Source: Acetobacteraceae bacterium
Lineage (GTDB): Bacteria; Pseudomonadota; Alphaproteobacteria; Acetobacterales; Acetobacteraceae
DNA: 64,000 bases
Direction of reading: 5' to 3'
NCBI GenBank assembly: GCA_965199235.1
Contig: CBDAQU010000002.1
Location: 2,880,232-2,944,231, forward strand
Both the position numbers and the translations under genes were made by a program. Position 1 is the first letter of the stretch, and each line of letters opens with the position of its first letter. This document shows, piece after piece, positions 37,420-47,706 of this stretch. Below the pieces are notes generated by a model, which ran no database searches, was not told where the DNA came from, and saw only the letters and a program-made list of their open reading frames with translations.

Positions 37420-39711
37420 ATGGCTGGCTTGGCCCAATCGCACGAGCGGTATTCGACTGCCGAAAGCCTCGTTGGCGTTTTTGCCGGTCCGGTAATCGGG
37501 CTGAAATACCAGACGCCGACCATGCGCGGTTTGACGAACGAGCGCGGTGAATTTGGCTACCGACCAGGCGAGATCGTCACATTCCTGCTGGGACGTCTGG
37601 TGCTCGGGGCGACCCAAGGTGCACCTCGGGTAAACCTTGCGCAGCTCGTCAGCCGGGTGTCCGGCAATATTGGTAAGCTCAGCGACCCTGCGGTGACAAA
37701 CCTCGCTCGGCTGCTTCAAACGCTGGATCAGGACGGCGATGTGGAGAACGGCGTAACGATTGCGCCTGCCGTGCATGACGTTGTCGGCTCCAGGATCATC
37801 CTGTTTGACCGGCCACCGCTGGTTCATGGCGAGATGTCGGCCGGGCAGGACAGCTTCGGCAGCGATCCGGCCGTTATAAGCCTTCTCAGCGATCTCAATG
37901 CTGCGCGGGAAGTCTTCACCGCCAAGACGCCTCGTCAGCTCTGCACGGTCGCTGCCGCTCGGAACGAAGTTCGCCGGAACGTCCGCGGCATCTTGAAGAT
38001 GACCGACGTGAAAATCCCCTTGCGCGACGGCTCCTTTGTCTACGCCGATGTCTTTCGCCCGGCTGGTGATGAAAGACACCCTGCCGTGATGCACATGAGT
38101 TTCTACGGCAAGAGCTTTTATCATGAATGCATCTGCTGCCAGGCCGACGCCCTCGAAAAGGAGGCCATGGAGGACCGATATTTCTCTGGCAACCCGGACG
38201 GCTTACACTCCGAAAACCACGAAAGCGTGGACACGTCCGAATGGGTTCCGAACGGTTACGTGGTGATCCGCATAGACGCCCGCGGCGTCTGTAACAGTCC
38301 GGGTCTTCAAGCACCGCTCAGCCGCCAAGAAGCCGAGGATTACTACGACGCCATCGAATGGGCCGCCGTCCAATCCTGGTGCAACGGCAACGTCGGGCTC
38401 TGGGGGATGTCCTACGTCGCGATGACGCAGCATAACGTGGCAAGCCTGCAGCCGCCTCATCTGAAAGCGATGATCGCGTTGGGCACGGACTCCGATCCCT
38501 ATAACGAGTACCTCCGCGTCGGCGGCCTGTGGTCTGAAGCGTGGTGGACCTGGTGGTGGAAGATCTGGTCTGGCAAGAATCATTGTGGCGAACGGAGAGA
38601 GACGGACTGGATGGCCCGGCTTAGGGCAAGTCCGTTCAACGATCCGGCGCTCTACAACCCGCACAGCACGAGTTTCATGAAACCTGAAATCGGGAGGGTG
38701 ACCGCTGCAGTCTGGATCGTTGGCCCTCAAACCGGAGCGGTCATCCACCAGGTCGGCAGCAGTGAAACTTTCATTCGCTCCACTGGAGCGAAAGGCAAGA
38801 AGTTCGACTTCATCGACGCCTGGTTTCCCCATTGCTATCGCAGCGACACGGTAGCTGAGCACATTCGGTTCTTCGACTACTGGCTCAAGGACCTCGCTAA
38901 CGGGGTGATGGATGATGCGCCCGTGCGCATCCAAGTCAGGACGGGGAACGCGGCCTACTATGAGCTGCACGAGAACGAGTGGCCGATCGCCCGGACGCAT
39001 TACACTCGGTTCTACCTGGATGCGTCACCGTCGGACTGGCACGGCGACAAGCAAAGGCAGGACTTGCTGCGAATATCGCACACGCCGCCGGTCGTCGAGA
39101 CCAGCAGGAGCTACGACGCTGATCTGGACCTGGGGCAGCCAATACCGTTCCCGAAGGGGCACGTTGGAGGCACGCCGCGCTGGTCAACCGGGGTCTCATT
39201 CGTGAGCGACCCGTTGTCAGAGGACATGGTGCTGGTGGGCTACATGAAGGTGGTGGTCTGGGTGTCATCGACGAGCAGTGACATGGATGTGCATGCCTCG
39301 CTTCGTGTGATCGACGGAGACGATCGCGAAATACGCTACGAAGCTGTCGTCCTGCCCATCGATCCTGAGCACGTCTCGCCAGTCGGTTATGGCGCGCTGA
39401 AAGTGTCGCATCGCAAACTCGACGATGCGCGGGCCACCGAGTATTGGCCGATGCACACCCATACTGAGGGCGACTACGCGCCGCTCGGCAAGGACGAGGT
39501 CGTCGCGATCGAGGTGGGGCTCCAGCCCAGCTCGGCGCTGGTCAGAAAAGGCTCGCGGCTGCGGCTCGACATCCAGCCAACCGCTCCAGCAGGCGTTCCC
39601 TCCCGCGCCTATGATGAAACCTATCACGTGGGCGCCACGAACACGATCTACACGGGACCTGACCGCCCCAGCTACCTGCAGCTTCCAGTCATCCCGATGA
39701 AAGGAAGCTGA
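37420..39711 (+). CDS. CocE/NonD family hydrolase with an extra N-terminal domain of about 190 aa
   Basis: KIPLRDGSFVYADVFRP, SFYGK, GLWGMSY (nucleophile), C-terminal LKVSHRKLD and IYTGPDRPSYLQLP. Confidence 0.88.
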   Translation: MAGLAQSHERYSTAESLVGVFAGPVIGLKYQTPTMRGLTNERGEFGYRPGEIVTFLLGRLVLGATQGAPRVNLAQLVSRVSGNIGKLSDPAVTNLARLLQTLDQDGDVENGVTIAPAVHDVVGSRIILFDRPPLVHGEMSAGQDSFGSDPAVISLLSDLNAAREVFTAKTPRQLCTVAAARNEVRRNVRGILKMTDVKIPLRDGSFVYADVFRPAGDERHPAVMHMSFYGKSFYHECICCQADALEKEAMEDRYFSGNPDGLHSENHESVDTSEWVPNGYVVIRIDARGVCNSPGLQAPLSRQEAEDYYDAIEWAAVQSWCNGNVGLWGMSYVAMTQHNVASLQPPHLKAMIALGTDSDPYNEYLRVGGLWSEAWWTWWWKIWSGKNHCGERRETDWMARLRASPFNDPALYNPHSTSFMKPEIGRVTAAVWIVGPQTGAVIHQVGSSETFIRSTGAKGKKFDFIDAWFPHCYRSDTVAEHIRFFDYWLKDLANGVMDDAPVRIQVRTGNAAYYELHENEWPIARTHYTRFYLDASPSDWHGDKQRQDLLRISHTPPVVETSRSYDADLDLGQPIPFPKGHVGGTPRWSTGVSFVSDPLSEDMVLVGYMKVVVWVSSTSSDMDVHASLRVIDGDDREIRYEAVVLPIDPEHVSPVGYGALKVSHRKLDDARATEYWPMHTHTEGDYAPLGKDEVVAIEVGLQPSSALVRKGSRLRLDIQPTAPAGVPSRAYDETYHVGATNTIYTGPDRPSYLQLPVIPMKGS

Positions 39712-39764
39712 CCCGGACCGTGTAACCCGATCGTGTAGGAGCCCCGTCCGATGGTCGGCGATCG

Positions 39765-40757
39765 ATGTTTGAAGCCGCTGCTGCCATGAGCGTGCCCGGC
39801 ATCCTCCAGATCGTGATCGGCAGCGATAACCTGCCGCTGTGCAAGCACCTGTATGCGAGCGTGTTCGGCTTTTCAGGTGCGGGCGAACGACTGATCTACT
39901 CCGAGCATAACGGCCGAGTCATGGGCCTTGGCCGATGGGGTGGCGCGACCGTGCTCTACATGGTCGGGCGACAAGAACTCGTGCAGTTGGAATTCTGGAC
40001 ACACACAACGCCACGTCAAAGGTCGCTGCCTGCAGATTGGCGTCCAAACGATATCGGCTTTTGCCGCTTGGGCATCTCGGTCCCGGATTTTTACGCGACG
40101 CTCGGGCGCCTTGCCGCCGCCAACTGCCCGGTCTTGACACCGCCCATAAAACACGACGGCTTGTGGCGCGTCTGCTTTCGCGATCCCACCATCGGCATTC
40201 CAGTGGAGATCATGGAGGAGGGCGAAGCTCTTCCGGGCACGCGAGATCGATACCACGATCTCGACCCAGCGATCGTGTATGCCGCGGTTTCGGTCATCGA
40301 CCTCGGCGAGGCAGTCACCTTTTTCGGAGACGTCGTTGGGCTGGAGAAAACCGGCGTCGAGCTTCACACGCCTGAGCACGAGGCGCTTTGGGGGTTGTCG
40401 AACGCCAAGAGGAAAGCCGCGCTGCTCCGCGGCGGAAGCGTTTTTCTGGAGATCGTCGAGTATGAAGAGCCAGCCGGTCGGGCCACGTCGCCCGACGGGT
40501 CGCTCGACCGACAAGGTTTCAAGGCTGTCGCCGTAGGCTCTCGCGATCCGGTTGAGACAGGGGCGATCTTCCGCCGTGTGAAGGCGGCGGGGTTGAGCTG
40601 GACTGTCGAGAAGCCAGCCTCCTTCATCGGGGGCAACCACGTGGTAGGCGCGGTGGCGCACCAGATGAAAACGCTTTCCGTGCCGCACGAGTTGGAACGG
40701 CAGTTCGGCTACTCACCCGACCCGGGCAAATGGTGGCGGCCTCCCCCGGGAAAGTGA
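39765..40757 (+). CDS. VOC (glyoxalase/bleomycin resistance) family protein, tandem domains
   Basis: Two repeats of the ...FF/YxxVxG(F/L)...LEF/EIVEY... pattern; PNDIGFCRLGISVPD, FRDPTIGIPVEIME. Confidence 0.78.
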   Translation: MFEAAAAMSVPGILQIVIGSDNLPLCKHLYASVFGFSGAGERLIYSEHNGRVMGLGRWGGATVLYMVGRQELVQLEFWTHTTPRQRSLPADWRPNDIGFCRLGISVPDFYATLGRLAAANCPVLTPPIKHDGLWRVCFRDPTIGIPVEIMEEGEALPGTRDRYHDLDPAIVYAAVSVIDLGEAVTFFGDVVGLEKTGVELHTPEHEALWGLSNAKRKAALLRGGSVFLEIVEYEEPAGRATSPDGSLDRQGFKAVAVGSRDPVETGAIFRRVKAAGLSWTVEKPASFIGGNHVVGAVAHQMKTLSVPHELERQFGYSPDPGKWWRPPPGK

Positions 40758-40800
40758 CTTGGTCACGTCGTTTCCCAGCCGCACGAGTATTGCTGTCAAA

Positions 40801-40817
40801 CCGGAATCCGGTTACAG
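40801..40817. promoter_or_regulatory. Island operator, copy 2 (CCGGAATCCGGTTACAG)
   Basis: Perfect right half-site just before the RBS of the monooxygenase gene. Confidence 0.5.
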
Positions 40818-40838
40818 TTTAACAAGGAGGAACCCGCC

Positions 40839-42116
40839 ATGTCGTACATTCATCCCGGCCAGTCATCCAAGCTGCCTGCAATGCTCGAACACATACGCGA
40901 GCTAGGTCCCACTCTGCGCGCGCGCGCGCCTGAGGCAGAGCGCGCTTGCCGGCTGTCATCGGAGACGATAGCCGATCTTGACGCCACTGGCGTATTCAAG
41001 ATCGGCACGCCGGCCGAGTTCGGCGGCTACGAGTTCCCTGTCTCGCAGCAGTTCGACGTCATCTCCGAAGTTTCCAAGTGGGATGGGTCGTGCGGGTGGT
41101 GCGTTTGGGTGGCAGCCGTCACCAACTGGATACCTGTCAGGTCCGGAAAGCGTGTGGTAGAGGAAGTTTACGGCCAGGACTGGGTGGGGCCGCGCGTCGC
41201 AGGATCCAGCCATTTCCCCGCCACTCGCGGGCGGGCGCGGCGTTGCGAGGGCGGGTGGATCGTATCAGGCGGCCCCTGGACCTTTGCCAGCGATTCCCTC
41301 TGGGCGCCCTATACCAACCTCGGCTGCATCGCCGATGACGGCCAGGGGCCGTATCTCGTCGGTATCCAGGTTCCGATCAATCAACTTCGGTTCCTGGACG
41401 ATTGGCACGTCGCCGGCATGAAAGGCACGGGCAGCGTCTCCCTGATGCTCGAGGAGTCGGAACTCTTCGTTCCCGAGTATCGCGGTGTGGTGTTCAGCGA
41501 CATCGTTGCCGGCACGCTTGATCACGGCCTGAAAGGATCGATCTGGCAGGCGCCGAATCTTGGCTGGGCGTTCAGCCTGATGGCCGCGATGTCGGTCGGT
41601 CTCGCGCAAGGCGCGCTGGAGCGGTTCGTGCAACGCTCTGCCGGCCGGCCGATCCGCGGGACGACGTATAAAAACCAGCTCGAGGCGCCGTTGACGCATT
41701 TGATGCTGTCCGAAGTCCATTCCAAGATCCGCTCGGCATCTCTGATGGCGCGCGCAAACGCCGAGGAGACCGACCAGCTCGGGCGTTTGGCTGCAGCAGG
41801 AAAGCATCCGGAGCAGTCAGAGCAGCAATTGTTCACCGCGCGCGTTCTGGTTGAAACAGCCTACGCAACCAAGTGGTGCGCCGAAGCGATCGAGCTGTTG
41901 CAGCGCAACTCGGGTTCTACCGCAATCATGGATAGCGAGCCGATCCAGAGAGCTTGGCGCGATGCCCGCGTGATTACGCTGCATGGAGCACTCAACCTCG
42001 AGGCTCTTGCCGAGAATTATGGACGCCTGATGGCAGGCCTGCAGCCGCACAAGTTCGAAGGGATTACCACGCTCGACCGCTTCACCGCTGCGCCGATCAA
42101 GGCGACGGTCACTTGA
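40839..42116 (+). CDS. Acyl-CoA dehydrogenase-fold flavin-dependent monooxygenase (HsaA/IacA-like oxygenase component)
   Basis: RBS AAGGAGG; LRARAPEAERACRLS, PAEFGGYE, DGSCGW, W.FASD, DDWHVAGMKGTGS, IQRAWRDARVITLH. Confidence 0.85.
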   Translation: MSYIHPGQSSKLPAMLEHIRELGPTLRARAPEAERACRLSSETIADLDATGVFKIGTPAEFGGYEFPVSQQFDVISEVSKWDGSCGWCVWVAAVTNWIPVRSGKRVVEEVYGQDWVGPRVAGSSHFPATRGRARRCEGGWIVSGGPWTFASDSLWAPYTNLGCIADDGQGPYLVGIQVPINQLRFLDDWHVAGMKGTGSVSLMLEESELFVPEYRGVVFSDIVAGTLDHGLKGSIWQAPNLGWAFSLMAAMSVGLAQGALERFVQRSAGRPIRGTTYKNQLEAPLTHLMLSEVHSKIRSASLMARANAEETDQLGRLAAAGKHPEQSEQQLFTARVLVETAYATKWCAEAIELLQRNSGSTAIMDSEPIQRAWRDARVITLHGALNLEALAENYGRLMAGLQPHKFEGITTLDRFTAAPIKATVT

Positions 42117-42285
42117 CGGGCTCCTAGCAGCTCGTCATCGAATGCCGGACCAGAGAACGCCCGGAACCAGCAGCGCGGAACACGCCAACTGAGTAATGGC
42201 GTGTGTCACCGTGGACAGTTTTGCCGAACGACGCGTCGCGTAAGCCGGTGCGACGGCAAGCCCTGTCAACGTGGGATAGGATTGA

Positions 42286-43947
42286 ATGGCTAAGGTTGAA
42301 CGTGGCATCGATCAAGACGTAATGACGCCCGGGCTCGACCCTGCTGAGCGTCGTTACCCCGGGCTCAACCCCCGGCAGGAGGAGGTCGACGGGCTCACCA
42401 TCGACTATGACGCCGCCATCAAGCTTCGCGACGGCATAACGATCTACGCCGACATATACCGGCCAGCCGACCAGGCGGATCCTCTTCCGGCCGTGCTGTT
42501 GTGGAGCGCATACGGCAAGCATTGGCGTTGGCCAGAACCTATGCTTCGTGCTTTCACCAACAACGCCAACGTTTCGCGCCATGCTCCGATCGAGTCCCCT
42601 GATCCGGCCGTGTGGTGCCCGGCAGGCTACGCGATGGTCGTGCCTGATCCCCGGGGCATCTTCCAATCCGAGGGAGACGCTACGGCTTGGTCTCCTCAGG
42701 AGGGAGACGACATTCACGACACCATCGAGTGGATTGCCGAGCAGCCCTGGTGCACCGGAAAGGTTGGCATGGGAGGCGCGTCCTACTTCGCCATCGTGCA
42801 ATGGTTTGCCGGAGCGACTCGGCCACCTCATCTGGCTGCGCTCATGCCATATGACGGGATGAGCGATCTCTATCGAGAGGTCGTCTGCCACGGTGGCATT
42901 CCGAACGGCGGTTTCGTCAAGTTCTGGAACTCCCAGACCAGAAGTTCCCGAAATCGCGCGGAGGACTGGGTGAAAGCCATGGAGCTTCACCCCTTCTTGG
43001 ACGAGTATTGGCAGACAAAATGTCCCGAGGTCGAGCAAATCCAGGTGCCAACCTATGTGATCGCCAGTTGGTCGGACCATGGCATACACACCAGAGGCTC
43101 CCTGTCGGCCTTCACGCGTCTCGGCTCCGAACAGAAATGGCTGGAGGTCCACGGCCGCAACAAATGGGCGCAGCTGTACACCCCAGAGAGCGTCCGGCGG
43201 CAGATGGCGTTCTTCGATCGATTTCTGAAGGACGTTCCAAACGAGGTAGATATTTGGCCGGCGATCCGACTGGAAATTCGTGAACGTATCGACGTTGGGG
43301 AGGAGCGTGCAGAAGCCGAATGGCCGCTTGCCCGGACGGAGTACCGTCCTTACTTTCTCGACGCAGCAACTGCAGCGCTGAGCGCCACGCCGGTAGCCTT
43401 GGAGTCGTTCGTCGCTTACGACGCAACGAGTGCCGAGCCGCAGGCGCTCTTCTCCCATACCTTTGCGACAGACACCGAACTGACCGGCTATTTCAAGCTG
43501 AAGCTTTGGGTGGAGGCTGACGGGGCTGACGACATGGACCTGTTTACGGCCGTCCAGAAGGTCGATCAGTCCGGGCAGCTCGTGACTTTCTACTACATAA
43601 CCCGTTTCAAGTTTGGCCACGCCGCGCATGGCTGGCTACGTGTCTCCCACCGAGAACTCGATGCGGAGCGTAGCCGGATTTATCAACCGGTGCATCCCCA
43701 CCAGCGTGAAGAGAGGCTGCGACAAGGCGAAATCGTGGCCGTAGAAATCGAAGTCTGGCCTTCCAGCACGTTGTTTCGAGCGGGAGACCAGATGCGCCTT
43801 GTCATCATGGGAAAGGACACCTTTCCTGAAATGCCCGGTGCCGAAATCACCATTCATCCGCTGACCCGTAATGCTGGCCGACATATTATCCACACCGGCG
43901 GCCGATACGACAGCCACCTGCTTGTGCCGTTCGTTCCCGCCGGCTGA
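42286..43947 (+). CDS. CocE/NonD family hydrolase
   Basis: IKLRDGITIYADIYRP, SAYGK, GMGGASY, WSDHGIH, GWLRVSHRELD, IHTGGRYDSHLLVP. Confidence 0.92.
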   Translation: MAKVERGIDQDVMTPGLDPAERRYPGLNPRQEEVDGLTIDYDAAIKLRDGITIYADIYRPADQADPLPAVLLWSAYGKHWRWPEPMLRAFTNNANVSRHAPIESPDPAVWCPAGYAMVVPDPRGIFQSEGDATAWSPQEGDDIHDTIEWIAEQPWCTGKVGMGGASYFAIVQWFAGATRPPHLAALMPYDGMSDLYREVVCHGGIPNGGFVKFWNSQTRSSRNRAEDWVKAMELHPFLDEYWQTKCPEVEQIQVPTYVIASWSDHGIHTRGSLSAFTRLGSEQKWLEVHGRNKWAQLYTPESVRRQMAFFDRFLKDVPNEVDIWPAIRLEIRERIDVGEERAEAEWPLARTEYRPYFLDAATAALSATPVALESFVAYDATSAEPQALFSHTFATDTELTGYFKLKLWVEADGADDMDLFTAVQKVDQSGQLVTFYYITRFKFGHAAHGWLRVSHRELDAERSRIYQPVHPHQREERLRQGEIVAVEIEVWPSSTLFRAGDQMRLVIMGKDTFPEMPGAEITIHPLTRNAGRHIIHTGGRYDSHLLVPFVPAG

Positions 43948-44074
43948 GTCGTCTCGCCAATGCCGCCACGCCCGGCTTATTCTTGCGACCAAGCTAAATC
44001 CGTAGGAGCACCTGGGCGCTGCCTATCAGCACCGCCCAATGCTGTTCTCTCTGGCTGTTCAAGCGGCGTGGTGC

Positions 44075-44596
44075 CTACCTCGCGGTGATCGCGTTGAAGA
44101 AACCGACGGTCCCTGCTTTGATGTGGCTGCTCAGAACGTTCGTTTTCATGTCGGGATTATGTTCCTGGTTCGGCTCGGGGACGAGCGGATTGCCGCTCCA
44201 AGAAACCAGCCTGCAAACACGTCGTTGAATGCGCCAGCCACGATCGGTCCGAACAAGCTCGTCATCGTACCAGCCCGTTCCCAGCCATGACGGCCCACCC
44301 TTTGCTGTTTCGCGCACAAGCAGCCAGTTTCCGTAGGCGAATGCGTAAGCCTTATCACCTTCAACATGTGCCAGTTGGCCCATCATGGTATGCTGGAAGT
44401 TGTCCAAAGTGTTGTGGAACTCGGCAAAGGATCGCTTGAAGTCTGCAAGGCCCGACCATCTCGCCCCAGCCGGACCGAAATCTGCTGTCACGTTCTCCGT
44501 AAAGATGCGGTCGAACAGATCCCATTGCCGGGAGTCGAGTGCAAAGCCATAGAGGTTGAGGATCTCGATAACAGCCGCCTTGTCATGTTCAATCAT
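44075..44596 (-). CDS. Nuclear transport factor 2 / SnoaL-like family protein
   Basis: RBS GAGGAG; LNLYGFALDSRQWDLFDRIFT, HTMMG, GWYDDELVRTDRGWRIQRR. Confidence 0.88.
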   Translation of the reverse strand: MIEHDKAAVIEILNLYGFALDSRQWDLFDRIFTENVTADFGPAGARWSGLADFKRSFAEFHNTLDNFQHTMMGQLAHVEGDKAYAFAYGNWLLVRETAKGGPSWLGTGWYDDELVRTDRGWRIQRRVCRLVSWSGNPLVPEPNQEHNPDMKTNVLSSHIKAGTVGFFNAITAR

Positions 44597-44740
44597 GGTG
44601 TTCTCCTCATCGTTACGCCGCTATCCAGTCAAGTCGTGAGAGTTTTCATCCTGTGGCAACCTTAAAGCTGCATTTGATGCTCAGTCACGGCCCTTACACA
44701 GGCGGGTTGCTACACGCATCCAAGACTTCTGGTGTCACTC

Positions 44741-47191
44741 TTAAAATTTATAGCTCCCCTCAAGAAAGAACATGCGCGGCATCCCGGGTTGCGCGACGTT
44801 GACGCCCAGCGCGGGCCCTGCAGCGATGCCGCCTGTATAATAGGAGTGGTCAAACGCATTGCGGACGTAGCCGGCCAACGAGAAGCCACTGTTCTTTATG
44901 CCTTCCAAAGCGACTCTGAAATTGACGAGTGCGTAGCCGGGGATGATTGTGCCTGGCGCCACGGTGTTGTTCAAGTTGCTGAAGTAGAACTTCGACTGCG
45001 CGAAAACGTCAGTTCGGATGGATGCCCGGCCGAAGTTCTGCGGCATGTCCTCCGACAGTTCCGCAAAAGCTGATCCAGACCATCTCGGTGTGTCGGCGTA
45101 AGGACCAAATAGCGTTGCTTGGCCCAGAACGTTGGTCAGGCCGTTAGTGTACCGAGCGTCCGTGTAACTGACACTCAGCCCGAGGTCGAGCCACTCGGCC
45201 GGACGGATCTCGCCATCGGTCTCGAAGCCGGAGATTTCCGCTTGCGGCACATTGACCGTAATGCCCGACACCGAACCATTGACCGGGTTTATCACGTAGT
45301 CAGTGCGCTGCGCGTTATTGACCCATTGGTTGAACGCGTCAGCATTCAGTCGGAACGGTGTGGAGCCAAGGTGCCCTTCGTATTTCGCGCCAACCTCAAC
45401 GTCGGTGGTGGTTTCGGGATAGAAGCCCGGACCGCCAGCGCCACCCGTTCCTGGCAGGGACGCCACGGTGGGGTTGAAGCCCCCGCTCCTAAAACTGTGC
45501 CTGGACACGACGTAGAGTAGTAGGTGGGAATTCAACTGCTCCTGCATGCCGAACTGCCAACTCAGCTTGGTTTCCGACGAAGACTGATGGTTTGAAGCGC
45601 CTGCCGGGCTGTAAAGCGCGGACCCGGGAAGCTGAATTGCGGAGTAATCCTCTCCGGTATAGCGAAGCCCCGCAGTGAAGCCTAATCCTCGCACACCTGT
45701 CAGCCGGCTCAGGTCGTACGTTCCTTGCGCATAGCCTGCGTATGACGTGCTCGGAAGCTTGTAGTAATAGACGCCGTTGATGAGCGGAATCACCGGCGGC
45801 AGACCGAGCACGCTGTCGTCGACGCCGCCGTAATTGCTTGAATTCAAGTAGTAGAAGCCTGCGACGTAGGTGAGTTGATCGTTGAAGGTTTTGCCGAGTA
45901 TCTGGACTTCCTCGGAGTAGTCGGTACTGTCCATGTTGATGCCCTCGAAGGGCACCAGGTTGAGTTCGTAGGGAACGCCTCCAGCATCGGTGTAGTCGAC
46001 CGAGTCCGCGCGATCGAAGCCGAAGATGTTCTTCAGGGTCATGCCGTTGCCAAGATCCACCGTCGTGATGTTGGAAACGATGGTGTTGTCGGAACGGTGC
46101 AAGTAGCTGCCGGGCGCATCGACATAGTTCGTGCCGTGCAGTTTCTGCTGCCGTAACGCGTCGGCGATCCCCAGAGGGTCAGCCTTGGGATTGGCTGACA
46201 AATAAAGGTCCCAGGCACCCGGAAAGCCGATGACCTTGTCGAGAAACGGGCTGAAGAACTCCTCGCCCGTAGCATTGAGCGGAGTGCCGTTATTCGTGCT
46301 GCCTGGCGCGTATGCGCTGTAGACCTCGGACGGCGTATCCGTGCCGCCCGAATGGATGAAATCGATCACCGTGGTGTTCTGCAGCCAATCTGTCGGCTTG
46401 ATCTCAAGGCTGATGCGCCCCGCCTCATGCAGAACGGTGCCAGGCGTGGTGTCCGAATACACGTCGTGCACGTAGCCGGCGCGATGTTCGTAATCGCCGG
46501 CGATGCGGAGCAGAACCTTGTCCTGCACCAGGGGAATATTCAGCGCGCCCTGGGTTTCCGTATATCCATAATCGCCTCCGCGCGTGGTTATGTAGCCGCC
46601 AAAGTCGTTCGACGGCCTCACGCTGGTGATCAGAACGGCACCACCGGTGTCGTTGCGTCCGAACAACGTGCCCTGCGGGCCTTTGAGCACCTGAATCGAC
46701 TGCAAATCGTAGAAGGCGGACGCCGAATGCGTGTCGTCCTGCACCTCGTCGAAATACGGCAGCACTCCTGGCTGCGAGTTGCTGAACACGTCGATCGACT
46801 GGCCGCGAACGGCGAAGTTCAGCTGGTTCGAGCTGGTGCCCTGCCGCACCAGGAGGCCGGATACTGCGGTCTGCAGGTCGGATTCCGTGGTGACGGCCCG
46901 TTTCGCCAGCGCCGCAGAGGTAAGTGCCGTGACCGTAACCGGCGTTTTCTCCAGCTTCTCACTGCGTCTTTGGGCGGTGACCACAACCTGTTCGAGCTGG
47001 CCGCTATTCGCGTTCGGCGGCGTGGGTTGAGCCACAGCTCCGGCCGCAGGCTGCGTCTGCGGTGGAGTCGTTGGGGTTTGTGCATGCGCAAGGAATGGCA
47101 GGCCGGCCAAGATCGTTGTTCCGGTCAGACGGCAGAGTTTGCTGCCCACGAAGCTCCTGGTCAGGCACAATAGGCTGTTCGGTTTGCGCAT
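44741..47191 (-). CDS. TonB-dependent outer-membrane receptor
   Basis: Signal peptide; TonB box LEQVVVTAQRR; plug VLKGPQGTLFGRNDTGGAV; FRSGGFN; terminal SYKF. Confidence 0.95.
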   Translation of the reverse strand: MRKPNSLLCLTRSFVGSKLCRLTGTTILAGLPFLAHAQTPTTPPQTQPAAGAVAQPTPPNANSGQLEQVVVTAQRRSEKLEKTPVTVTALTSAALAKRAVTTESDLQTAVSGLLVRQGTSSNQLNFAVRGQSIDVFSNSQPGVLPYFDEVQDDTHSASAFYDLQSIQVLKGPQGTLFGRNDTGGAVLITSVRPSNDFGGYITTRGGDYGYTETQGALNIPLVQDKVLLRIAGDYEHRAGYVHDVYSDTTPGTVLHEAGRISLEIKPTDWLQNTTVIDFIHSGGTDTPSEVYSAYAPGSTNNGTPLNATGEEFFSPFLDKVIGFPGAWDLYLSANPKADPLGIADALRQQKLHGTNYVDAPGSYLHRSDNTIVSNITTVDLGNGMTLKNIFGFDRADSVDYTDAGGVPYELNLVPFEGINMDSTDYSEEVQILGKTFNDQLTYVAGFYYLNSSNYGGVDDSVLGLPPVIPLINGVYYYKLPSTSYAGYAQGTYDLSRLTGVRGLGFTAGLRYTGEDYSAIQLPGSALYSPAGASNHQSSSETKLSWQFGMQEQLNSHLLLYVVSRHSFRSGGFNPTVASLPGTGGAGGPGFYPETTTDVEVGAKYEGHLGSTPFRLNADAFNQWVNNAQRTDYVINPVNGSVSGITVNVPQAEISGFETDGEIRPAEWLDLGLSVSYTDARYTNGLTNVLGQATLFGPYADTPRWSGSAFAELSEDMPQNFGRASIRTDVFAQSKFYFSNLNNTVAPGTIIPGYALVNFRVALEGIKNSGFSLAGYVRNAFDHSYYTGGIAAGPALGVNVAQPGMPRMFFLEGSYKF

Positions 47192-47706
47192 CTTCGTTAT
47201 AGACCCCCTGAATCATTTATCTCTCGGCTACTCCGAGTTGTTTTTCTGGACACTGACAAACCCGCGCAATGGCACGCTTGCCGGCCCGCTATCATCTGCG
47301 GTGTACCTTGTGGCTATCGGTCATGTGCGATGATGTTGACCGGTGCCGAACGCCTCAGCCTACCGAGGCGGACGGCGGCGAAACTCCCGTGGACTTTGCC
47401 AAAGGCGCCCGACCCGCAAAGGACGAAGCTTCTTGTTTGCTGCATGTGCTTCGGATCGCTCATGCAGTGATGGGCCAGCCTCGCGCTGTGCCGCTCACCC
47501 ATCCACAATCGTTGCGAAAAACCAAACACCTGCAATGGCCAAGACCCCGTCCGACCAATCGTCGGAACGAGCTGTGTGGCATCATTGTAACGACCCGTCG
47601 GGCCTTGCCACGTCCGTGGCGATTGTGGCGATCGTCTCGTATACATAACCTCCCCTCTCCCGATGTCGCCGGTCAATTCCCGTCATTGCGGGTGCGGCAT
47701 CAAGTT

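Noticed and set aside
39765-40757. Extradiol ring-cleavage dioxygenase call
   Set aside because: The metal-binding His residues were not found at the expected positions.
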